A DNA stretch of 64,000 nt from assembly GCA_963788655.1 (NCBI GenBank), contig CAWBHS010000057.1:192189-256188 (forward strand). Reading direction: 5' to 3'. The position numbers and the translations under genes are program-made. The notes beneath the pieces were generated by a model. The model was not told the origin of the DNA, searched no databases, and was given only the letters and a program-made list of their open reading frames with translations. Source of the stretch: an uncultured Verrucomicrobiae bacterium. GTDB lineage: Bacteria > Verrucomicrobiota > Verrucomicrobiia > Limisphaerales > JAFGQR01. The stretch's first letter is position 1. The number at the start of each line of letters is the position of its first letter. Shown in pieces: positions 46,523 to 58,500 of the stretch.

Positions 46523-49500
46523 TCAATACTCCACGACTTGATAGAACCTTTGAACTTGTTTGCCCTCAGGATCTTCGATGGCAGCCGTCGTGGCCGTCAG
46601 GGTCAGTTGGCCCGCCACCAGGTTCCAGTCGGGGTCCGATAGGTTGTCTTTGTAATAAATTCGATACGTCTTGCCGGGCAGGGTATCCCAGGTCAGCACC
46701 ACCGTGGTGTTGTTGATCACCAGGTTGGGCCGAATGGTGCCGGTCGGTTCCTCGGGAATCGTGCTGGAAACAAATTCCACTTCGTCCACCCAGGCCGCGT
46801 CTTGACCGGTCGCGCCACTGGCATTCTTCGAATAACGCCACTTCAATAGTTGCGTGCCGGACGGCACCGGGAAGGTCAGCCATTGCCAATCGACTTCGCC
46901 GGTCAGGCGCGCCTGTTCGAAGTTGCCCACGTAGAATCGCAATTGATCGACATTCGTTTCCGAAGACACCTTCCACCAGAAGCTGACCGTGCCCGGGCCT
47001 TCGACCCAGGTTTCCAAACGGGTGTTCTGACCGTCCGTAATCGGACCGCTGCGCGCGGCGTCCACGCCGTCGTGGGTCACGCTCGTCTGCGTGAACCAGG
47101 AGGCATCGCCCACCAGGTCGAAGGTCAGATACGGCGCGTTCAACGCATCCGCCACCGTGATGATGTCCAGGAACGCGGCGGCGCTGGGCACGACGCCGAT
47201 CGCGTTGCTCACGACCACCGAGTAATCACCTTCCTGGGCGGCCACCACGTTGCTCAAGGTCAAGGTAGCCGTCGTGGTGCCGCGGACGTCGCCGCTCTCA
47301 ACGAGGTTGGTCCCGTTGAATTGCCATTGATAGCTCAGCGGCAACGTGCCGGCGGCGACCACGTTGAAAGTTGTCGTTTCGCCCGTGCTTGCTCGGGCGC
47401 TGGCCGGTTGGCGGGTAATCACCGGACCGGTGCTCGCCGAGCCAACCGTCAACACGGCCCCGTCACTGGTCACGGTGCCGGCGCCGTTGCTCACCACCAG
47501 CGAATAGGTGCCCGCTTGGCCCGGTTGCACGTTGGCCAGGGTCAACGTGGGGGTCGTCGCCCCGGAGGCACCCGCACCATTGAGCAACCCGGCGCCATCA
47601 AAGAGCCATTGGTACGTCAGCGGCAACGAACCAGTCGCCTCGACGCTGAAGACCAGCGTCGCGCCGGCGCTTTCGTTCCGGCTGGCGGGTTGCACCGTGA
47701 TGGCCGGCGCGGTCAGGGCGCCGGTTGGCGCGTATTCCACCTGGTCCACCCACGCCGCATCCTGGCCGGCCGAACCGCTGGCGTCCTTCGAGTAACGCCA
47801 CTTCAGCAGGTTCGTTCCGGCCGGCACGTCGAAGGTCAGTTGCTGCCAATCCACTTCGCCGGAAATGCGCGCCTGTTCGTCGGCGCCCACGTAGAACCGC
47901 AATTGATCGTTGTTCGCTTCGGACGACACTTTCCACCAGAAGCTCACCGTGCCGGGACCTTCAACCCAGGTTTCCAGACGGGTGTTTTGCCCATCGGGAA
48001 TGACTCCGCTTTGGGCTGCATCCAGGCCGTCGTGGGTAACGTTGGTTTGGGCCACCCAGGCGGTATAGCCCGCCATACTTAAAGTCAGGTACGGCGCATC
48101 CACTGCTTCGGGCAGGGTCAGGACGGTCAAGAGGGCGCTGGCGCTGGTGACGCTGCCCAACGCATTGTTGATCACGACCGAGTAGTTGCCGGTCTCGGTA
48201 CCCTGCACATTATTCAACGTGAGGGTCGGGGTGGTCACCCCACTGGCAGCGCCACCGTCTTCCAGATTGGTTCCGTTGAACTGCCATTGATAGGTGAACG
48301 GTGCGGTGCCCGTGACCACAACGTCGAAGCTGACCGTGGCCCCCTCACCCACCCGATCACCCGAAGGTTGGCGAATGATGACCGGCGCACTGGGTCCGCC
48401 GGTGGGAATGAACTGAACTTCATCCACCCAGCCCGCGTCCTGGCCCGCCACGCCGCTGGCGTCCTTCGAATAACGCCACTTGAGCAACTGGATACCGTTG
48501 GGCACGTCAAAGGTGAGCTGTTGCCAGCCGGTTTCGCCGCTGATGCGGGCCAACTCGGTGCTGCTCAGGTAAAACCGTAATTGATCATTGTTGGTTTCCG
48601 ACGAAACCTTCCACCAGAAGCTGAGGAGCCCCGGTCCATTCACCCACGTTTCCAGCCGCGTATTCTGGCCATTGGCAATCACCCCGCTGCGCGCCGCATC
48701 GACGCCGTCATGCGACAAGGCCGATTGCGCAATCCAGGAGGCGTCACCGCCCTGGGTCAAATTCAATTGCAGGTCGTCCACCGCTTCGGCCAGCGTGATC
48801 ACGGTCAAGTGGGTGGAAGGGCTGGTGACACTGCCCACGGAATTGCTCACCACCACCGAGTAGTCGCCTTCCTGGGCGGCCAACACGTGGTTGATCGTCA
48901 GGCTGGGTGAGGTCGCACCGCTCACGTTGCCGTCACTGGTCAGGTCCACGCCGTTGAACCGCCATTGATAACCGAGCGGCTCCGTGCCGATGGCGCCCAC
49001 GGTGAGCGTAATGTCCAAGCCCTCCATAATGGTTTGTTTCGTGGGCGGACTGGCGATGACGGGCGGAGTCGGAATCGCGGCGGAGACAAACACGACTTCA
49101 TCGACCCAACCCCGATCCTGCCCCACCGCCAGGCTGCCGTTCTTGGCGTAGGCCCATTCGAGAACCACGGCGCCGGCCGGCAGGCCAAAGGAGCGCCATT
49201 CCCAATCGACTTCGCCGGAGATGCGCGCTTTCTCGGAACCGTTCACGGAAAACCGCACAATGTCGTTGCCGGGTTCGGACGAAACCTTCCACCAAAAGCC
49301 GATGATGCCCGGGCCGGTGACGGTGGTTTGGAAGGCGGTCACCTGGCTGTTGGCAATCGCGCCGCTGCGCGCGGCATCGACGCCGTCGTGCATGACGTTG
49401 GTCTGGCCCACCCACGGCGGGAAGCCCGATTTCGTCCACACCCAGTCCGGAGTTTCGAGGGCTTCGGCCAGGCCCATCACCGGGGTGACCGTGAGCACGG

Positions 49501-52500
49501 CGTTGGCACTGGTCACACTGCCGGCGGCGTTGCTGACGATCACGGAGTATGTGCCGGCCAACGCCAACTGCGCGCTGCTCAACAGCAGCGTGGCGTTGGT
49601 GGCGCCGGTCACGGTGCCGCCGTCCATCAGGTTGGTCCCGTTGTGCCGCCATTGATACGCCAAGGGGGGCGTGCCGGACGCCACCACCGTGAACGTGGCG
49701 GGCAGTTCCTCGTCCACGGTGGCGCTGGCGGGTTGCTGCGCAATCGTCGGAACCAAGGGCAAAAACTGGACCTGATCCACCCAACCCCGGTCCTGGCCGG
49801 CGGTCACGCTGCTGTTCTTGTAATAGCGCCATTCCAATTCGTGGCTGCCGGCGGTGAGGGCCAAGATCTGCTGCTGCCAATCCACTTCACCGGAAATCGT
49901 CACGGTCGAGGAGCCGTCCAGGTAAAACCGCAAGCGGTCGTTGCTGGGTTCCGAGGAAACCTTCCACCACCAACTCAGCGTGCCGGGCCCGGTGACGGTC
50001 GTGGTCAAATAACTGCTTTGACCGTCCTGAACGGTGCCGCTCCAGGCCGCATCAATCCCGTCATGGGTTTGGATCGGCTGCCCCTGCCACAGGGCATCAC
50101 CGGTGGTGGTCCAGATCCAATTGGTGGTGTCCAGCGCCTCCGCCAATGGCAGCACCTCATAGACGTTCAACAGGGCGTTGGAACTGACGACCGAGCTTTC
50201 CGTATTGCTCACTTCGACCGAGTAATTGCCGGCCTGGGCCATTTGCGCGTTGGTCAACACCAGGCTCGCCGTGGTAGCGCCCGTGATGCCCGCGCCGTCC
50301 ACCAAATTAGTGCCATTAAATCGCCATTGGTAATTGAGCCCGATGCCGCTGGCGCCCACGCTGAAGGTCGCCGTTTCGCCCGTGCCCACGGTCTGGTCTT
50401 GCGGCTGGGTGTTGATGTTGGCGTCCGTATTGACACTCAACAACGCCTCGGGGCTGATGGCGGTGCCCGACGTGTTCCAGACCACCACGGAATAGATTCC
50501 CGCCTGGGCCGGCTGCACGTTGGCCAACCGTAGCGTAGCGGTAGTGGTGCCGCTCACGTCGCCGCCATTGACCAAGTCAATCCCGTTGAACTGCCACTGG
50601 TAGGACAACGGCTGCGTGCCACCGGCGCCCACTCCGAACGTAGCAGTGCTGCCGACGCCCACGGTTTGACTGAAGGGCGGGCTGATGATGATCGGGCCGA
50701 GGGAACCTTCGGTGAATTGCACTTGATCGACCCAGCCCCGGTCCTGCCCGAGAGTGGTGCTGCCGTTCTTGGAATAGCGCCATTCCAAATCATGATTGCC
50801 CGAACCCAATTCCACCATTTGCCACTGCCAATCGACTTCGCCGGAAATCGTCAACGAAGTGGAGCCATCCACGTAAAGCCGCAACCGGTCGTTGCTGGGT
50901 TCGGACGAAACCTTCCACCAAAAGCTGACCGTGCCGGGGCCGGCGACGGTGGTGAACATGGACGAGCTCTGCCCATCGGCGATGATGCCACTGCGGCCGC
51001 CATCCACGCCGTCGTGCATGACATTGGTTTCGCCCACCCAGGGCAACGAGCCGCCCGTAGTCCACGTCCAAGTGGGCGTGTCCAGAGCATCCGCCAGCGG
51101 CAGGCCGCGAATCACCGTCAGAACCGCGTTGGAACTGAGCACCCGGGCGGCGGCGTTGGTCACGACCAACCGGTAAATGCCGGCCTGATCAAGGCGGACG
51201 TTGGTCAGCTTAAGCGTATTCTTGGTGGCGCCGCTAATGTCGAGCCCATCGACCAGATTAATGTTGTTGAGCTGCCAGTGGTAGTCCAAGGGGGCGGTGC
51301 CCGTGGCGGCGGCGGTGAACGTCACGGACGCGCCTTCATCGACCGTCAGGCTCAGGGGTTGCTGAGCGTGTACACGGGCGGAAAGATGGGCGCGTATTGT
51401 ATCTGGTCCACCCAGGCCTGGTCTTCACCCTGCGTGACGCTCCCATTCTTCATGTAGCGCCAGCGCAACGACTGCCAGCCGGGCGGCACATCGAAGGTCA
51501 TTTGGACCCAGTTGGTGTTGATGCCCGAGGTGCTGTCCAGGTCCACGCCCCCGACATAGAACCGCATCCGGTCCAGCAAGTTTTCCGAGGAAATTTTCCA
51601 CCAGAACGTCACGCGGCCCGGTCCGTTGACGTAAGTTTCCATCCAGCTTTCCTGTTCATCGATGATCGTACCGCTCTCCATGCACGTGCCGCCGGCGTGC
51701 GCGTAGTTGGTTGGCCACTTGCCAATAGGCGTCGCCGCCGGTGATCCAATGGCCATTCCAAAGCTGCCCAGTGGTTTCCAGGGCGTCAGAGATCGGCTGG
51801 CCGGGAAACAAGGTGAGCGTCACATTGGTGCTGATGTCGCGGCCGCCGGGATTTTCCACGATCACCGAATAGTCGCCAGCATTCACAGGTTGGACATTCG
51901 AGACAATCATCGTGGAATTGGTGGAGAAAACTATCGTGCCATTATCGAAGAGCAAATTGCCATTGAAGCGCCAACGGTAATCAAACGGACGCGTCCCAAT
52001 GGCGCTCACCTTGAACGTCGCCGAGGCACCCAGTTCCGCCAGGACCGGCATCGGCGGAGTGTCGATCACGGGTGCCGCCGGACCAAAGCTCACCTGGTCG
52101 AGCCAGGCCCGGTCCTGGCCGGCGCTGCCACTGGCGTCTTTCATGTACTGCCAACGCAATACCTGACTGACGTTGGTGACCTCGAAGGTGCGCCACTGCC
52201 AGTCCACCTCACCGGAGATGTTCAGCTTCTCGACGCCATCCACCTGGAAACTCAACCGGTCGCGGTTGGCCTCCGACGAAACCTTCCACCAAAAACTGAC
52301 GGCGCCCGGCCCCACCACGGTTTCCACATAATTAGACTGGCCATTGGGAATGGGGCCGCTTTCCGCGGCATCCAGCCAATCGTAATTGACAGCGCTTTGA
52401 CCCACCCAGGGCGAATAGCCGCCCAGCGACCAACCCCAAATTGGCGTATCCACGGCCTCGGCCACGGAGATCACCGGAATAATCGTCAGCAGGGCATTCG

Positions 52501-55500
52501 GTACTGATGGCCAGACTGTAGGGATTGCGCACCACGACCGAATACGAGCCTTCGTCGGCGGCCTGTACATTGGCCAGAGTCAGCGTGGGAGTGGTCGCCC
52601 CGCTGACATTGACGCTGTCGGCCAGGTTCACTCCGTTCACGCGCCATTGGTAACTCAACGGCGCCGAACCCACGGCGGCTGAATTGAAGGTAACCGTGGC
52701 GCCGGGGCCAATGTTCTTGTTGACCGGCTGAACCGTAAGCACCGGCGGGGTGGGGCCGGACGAAGGAATGTACTGCACCTGGTCCACCCAGCCGCGATCC
52801 TGCCCGTTGGATCCGCTAACGTCTTTGGCATAAACCCAGCGTAACACTTGGTTGCCCGCCGGCAGTTCAAAGGTGAGCCATTGCCAATCAACTTCCCCCG
52901 AGATCGCCGCCAAACTGGCGTCATTGACCGTGAACTGCAACACATCCCGATTGGTTTCCGAAGAAACCTTCCACCAGAACCGGATGGTGCCCGGCCCGGT
53001 GAGCGCCACCTCAAGACTGGTGATCTGACCATTCCCGATGGCACCGCTGCGGGCGGCGTCGATGCCATCGTGTGACAAGTTGGTCTGGGCCACCCAGGGC
53101 GTGGTCAGACTGGTGAGCCAATTCAAGTAGGTGGCGTTGACCGCTTCCGCCAAGGTCAACGCCGCGGCGACGGAGAGATTGGCCGGGGTACTGATGGCGG
53201 CGCCGCACCGCGTTGCTCACGACTACCGTGTAGGCTCCCGCGTGGGCGGAGCGCACGTTCGAGATGATCAGATGAGGGGTGGTCGCGCCGCTGATACTGC
53301 CACCGTCCACCAGTTGTTCCCCGTTGAACCACCACTGATAACTTAGCGGCGGCGTGCCCGAAGCGGCCACGGTGAAGGACACCGTGGCGCCTTCGCTCAC
53401 GCTTTGACCGAGCGGACTGCTGGTAATTTGCGGCGGGGTGAACACCGCCAGATGCGCATCGGCACTGGCCACACTGCCCACGGCGTTCGCGACCATCACC
53501 GAATAGGCGCCGGCCTGTTCGGCCTGCGCGTTGCCCAGCGTCAGCGTCGGTGTGGTGGCGCCACCAACACTACCGCCGTCATTCAGGTTCATCCCGTTGA
53601 ATCGCCATTGGTACGTCAACGGCGCCGTGCCGCTGGCCTCGACCGAAAAGACCACGTTGCTGCCCGCCTGCACATTCAAATTCAAAGGCTCAGTGACAAT
53701 GTCCGGCGGCGTACTCACGGTCAGCAATCCGTAAACCTTTTCATGGGTCACCTTGGTTTGCGCGATCCAGGACGCGTCACCGCCCATGCTCAATGTCAAA
53801 TACGGTGCGTCCACCGCGTTGGGCAAGGTCAATACAGTCAACACGGCTTGAGCGCTGGTCGTCATACCGCTCGCGTTGCTGACCACCACCGAGTAATGGC
53901 CGGCGTCAACCGCCTGCGCATCGTTTAACATCAAGGTGGCCGTCGTGGCGCCGTTGATCGAACCGCCATCGGCCAGCGGCATTCCCGCGCGCTGCCATTG
54001 GTAGCTCAACGGCGCCGTGCCGGCGGCTTCCACGGTGAAGCTGACTGCCGCGCCTTCGCCGACACGTTGGTTGGCGGGCTGCGTCGTAATCAACGGAGCC
54101 ACCGTCACTGCCGGAGTATATTGAACCTGGTCCACCCAGGCCGCATCCCGACCGCCGGTGTTGGCGTCGTCTTTTGAATAACGCCACTTGAGCAATTGGA
54201 TGCCGGCCGGCACGGCAAAGGTCTGCTGCCGCCAATCCATTTCGCCGGAGATGCGCGCCTGCTCGATGCTGCCCACATAGAACCGCAATTGATCCTTGTC
54301 CTGCTCCGAAGAAACCTTCCACCAAAAGCTCACAGTGCCGGGGCCTTCGACCCACGTTTCCAAACGCGTGTTCTGACCGTTGGTGATGACCCCGCTGCGC
54401 GCCGCATCCGCCGCGTCGTGCGCAAATTCAGCTTGCGGAATCCAGGCGGCGTCGCCGGCCACGTCCATCGTCAGAGCGGGGGCATCCACCGCTTCGGCCA
54501 AGGTCAGGGTCGTCAGCAGCGCGTTGGGGCTGGTAACGCTGCCCACCGCGTTGGTGACTACCACCGTGTAGCGCCCGGCCTGGGCCGTGGTCACATTGGT
54601 CAACGTGAGGGTGGCGGTGTTGGCGCCGCTGATCTGTTCGCCATCGAAGAGGTTCGTGCCGTTAAGTTGCCATTGGTAATTCAAGGGGGACGTTCCGCTG
54701 GCCTCGACGTTGTAAGTAACGGTCGCCCCCGCGGGCACGCTTTGGTTTAATGGCGCACGGGTGATGATGGGCACGGTCGGACCGCCGTCGGGGAGATATT
54801 CCACCTGATCCACCCACCCGGCGTCCTGCCCCCCGGTGCCGGTGTCGTCCTTCGAATAACGCCACTTGAGCAACTGGAGGCCGGCCGGCACCGGATACGA
54901 TTGCCATTGCCAATCGGTTTCCCCGCTAATGCGAGCCATTTCGTCGTTGCCCACGTAGAAGCGCAATTGGTCGTTCTCCGGTTCCGAGGAAACCTTCCAC
55001 CAGAAGCTGACTGTGCCGGACCTTCGACCCAGGTTTCCAGCCGCGTGTTCTGGCCATCGGTGATCAAACCACTGCGGGCCGAGTCGGGCCGGGCAACCGC
55101 GCCTTCCACGTCTTCGCTGCTGGCGGAGCCGGCGTCGTTGCTCACGCGCACCGAATAGATGCCCGCTTGCGCGGACTGCACGCCGGTGATCGTCAACGCG
55201 CTGCTCGTGGCGCCACTGATGCGGCCGCCATTGACCAGATTGGTACCGTCGTATTGCCACTGGTACTGAAGCGGGGCCTGGCCCAGGGCGCCAACGGTGA
55301 AGGTGACCGTGTCGCCCGCAACCACGCTGAAGCTGTCCGGTTGTTTGGTAATCACCGGAGCCGTGATCAACGACAGAGAGGCATTGGGACTGATCGCGGT
55401 ACCCACCGCGTTGGTGACCACCACCGAGTAAGCCCCCGCCTCGGCCTCCTGCACGTTGCTCAACGTCAGGATGTCACTGGTGGCGCCGCTGAGGTTGCCG

Positions 55501-58500
55501 CCATCGACCAGGTTGGTGCCGTGGAATTGCCATTGGTAACTTAGCGGCGTGGAACCCGCGGCGCCCACCCGGAACGTGGCGGTCGATCCGACGACCACGC
55601 GCTGGTTGGCCGGCGGATTGGCAATCATGGGCGCCGTGGTCGCGTCGGTGGGCAGATAAAACACCTGATCCACCCAGGCGCGGTCCTGGCCGGCGGACTG
55701 GCTGCCATTCTTGACATACCGCCATTCCAACGTCTGGCTGCCCGAGGGCACGTCGAACAGTTGCCATTCCCAATCGACTTCACCGGAAATGCGGAGTTGC
55801 TCCGAGCCGCCCAGATAGAACCGCAATTGATCGTTGCTCGGTTCGGAAGAAACCTTCCACCAGAAACCCACCCGGCCCGGGCCGGTGACGGTGGTGCGAA
55901 TCGCGTTGTTCTGGCCGTCGGTGATGGCTCCGCTTTGCGCGGCGTCCATGCCATCGTGTGCCACCGTTGGCTGTCCCACCCACACTGGAGTTCCGGTGGT
56001 GGTCCAGGTCAAGTTCGTGGTGTCAAGTGCTTGATCCAACGGCACCACCGGGGTCACCACCAGCACGGCGCCGGAACTGGCGAGGCCGCCGCCGAGACCA
56101 TCCACGACTACCGTGTAGGTTCCGGCTTGTGCGGCTGGCACACTGGTCAGTCGCAGCGTGGCGGTTTTCGCCCCGCTCACGTTGCCGCCATCGGTCAGAG
56201 CGGCCCCATTCAACTGCCATTGATAGGTCAATGGCGGCGTGCCCGTGGCGGCCACACTGAAGGTGACGGTACTGCCTTCGTTCACACTCTGGCTCGCCGG
56301 TTGGCTGGTAATGGCCGGCGCCACCGCGGCAAATTGCACTTGATCCACCCAGCCCCGGTCTTGCCCGCCATCGGTGCTGCCGTTCTTGTAATACCGCCAC
56401 TGCAAATCATGGCTGCCGGAATTCAGGTTGTAGGTCACGAGCTGCCAATCAACTTCTCCGGAAATCGTCAAGATCGAGGAGCCATCCACGTAGAATCGCA
56501 GCCGGTCGTTGCTGGGTTCCGAAGAAACTTTCCACCAAAAACTCAGCGTGCCCGGCCCGCTGATCGTGGCCTCGAGATAGGTGCTCTGGCCGCCAGTAAC
56601 GGCCCCGCTCCGGGCAGCGTCCACGCCGTCATGCGCGACCGCCGCTTGCCCGGTCCACGAGGCGGAACCGGTGGTGGTCCAATTGATGTTCGCCGTGTCC
56701 AGCGCCTGGGCCAACGGCAAGACCGGAGAAACAGTCAACAGCGCGTTCTGGCTGCTGACGCTACCCATCGCATTGCTCACCGTGACCGAGTAAACCCCGC
56801 CCTGCCCCAACTGCACATTGGACAGCCGCAGGGTCGTGGTCTGCGAGCCACTCACCGAGCCGCCGTCCGCCAGGTCGGCCCCGTTGAACTGCCACCGGTA
56901 ACCGAACGGCGGGGTGCCTGAGGCCGCCACACTGAAACTGACCGTCGCGCCGGCATCCACGCTCTGGCTCGCGGGTTCCTGGGTAATCGTCGGCGCCCAC
57001 GGCTCGAATTGGACACGGTCCACCCAACCGTGGTCCTGGCCGTAGGCCAGACTGCTGTTTTTGGTGTAGCGCCATTCCAACGTCTGATTGCCGGAGCCGA
57101 CATCAAACGAACGCCATTCCCAATTGACTTCGCCGGAAATACGCACCAGTTCCGAGCCGTCCGCGTAAAACCGCAAGGTGTCATTGTCCGGCTCGGAAGA
57201 AACCTTCCACCAAAAACTCACCGTGCCCGGGCCCACAACGGTGGTTTGCAACCTGGAATCTTGGCCATCGGCCACGGCGCCGCTCCCGGCAGCATCAACA
57301 AAATCGTGGGTGACGTTGGTCTGGCAGGTCCACGCGGCGCTGCCGCTGGTAGTCCAGGCGGATTGCGGCGCGTCCACGGCATCCCACAAGGCGCATTCGC
57401 CGATCACCGTCACCGTGGCATCCCAGTATTGGCCGGCAAGCGGTTGGGCAATCAGATCCAGCAATTCGCGGCCCACCGGTTGGTCGCACAGCACCAGGGG
57501 CGTTGGCACCGGCCCGCTGGCTTGCAACCCCAGGAAACATACTTCGACCACCGGCTGCATCCCGGCGGGAATGACCCGGCCTGCCGGCATCGCCAGCATG
57601 AAACCCACCTGACCCGGCACCGCCGGATTGTTGCTCACACTCAGGGATGCACCCGGCGCGCCGGCACCGGGTTGCGCCGACGCAAAAGCAAGCAAAGCGG
57701 GATCAAAGCACACACTGAAACGCAGAACATTTTCGTTGCCGTGGGCCTCCAATGTCACCGGCACACAAACCGTCTCGCCGCTGGGGATCACGGTATCTGG
57801 CACTTGCACCAAGTGGAGACCGTTGTCTTGGGAAACCAGGTAGGTCTGGCCGGCAATCTCCAAGGCACCGCTGCGCGCGGCGTTGGTATTGGCGTCCACA
57901 GTATAAACTACGCTGCCGTTGCTGAGGCCGGTCGCGCCGGAAAGGATGTTGATCCACGGGTTCGTGTTGATCACGCTCCATTGACAAGCCGGCCCGGCCG
58001 TTACCTGGAATTCGCCGGCCTCCCAGCTTTCACCGTGAATCCAACCGGTCGGAGACAGAGTGTAGGTACACGGGATTCCTGCCTGGGTCACCGTGAACGG
58101 TTGGCCAGCAATGGTCAACTCTGCGCTACGGGACGTCACAGTCGGATTGGCCGCCACCACGTAACTCACCGTGCCGGGGCCGGGGCCGGTGGCGCCGGCG
58201 AGGATGGTGATCCAACTGCTCGGATTGACGACACTCCAGTCGCAGCCGCCGATGGTGGTCACCGCCACTTCACCGGTTTCCTGCATGTAACCGTGAACAC
58301 GATTGGTCGGTGCCAGGGCGTAAGCGCAGGGCGATTGGGTCAGGGTAAACAGCTCGCCGCCAATGTCCAGCAAGCCAGTTCGCGCCGTGGCGCTGGCGTT
58401 GGGGGCCACCTGGAACGTCACGGTCCCGTTGCCGGTGCCGGTGGCTGCCGAGGTCAGGGTGATCCACGCGTTGGTATTGAGGATGGTCCAATCGCACTTG

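Noticed and set aside
17305-46735. Known C-terminal sorting signals (PEP-CTERM, LPXTG, T9SS CTD, autotransporter barrel) on the giant proteins.
   Set aside because: All four proteins stop 2-5 residues after RFYR. None has a hydrophobic helix, basic tail, PEP or LPXTG motif, or a ~250-aa barrel. The shared domain is therefore reported as unassigned instead.
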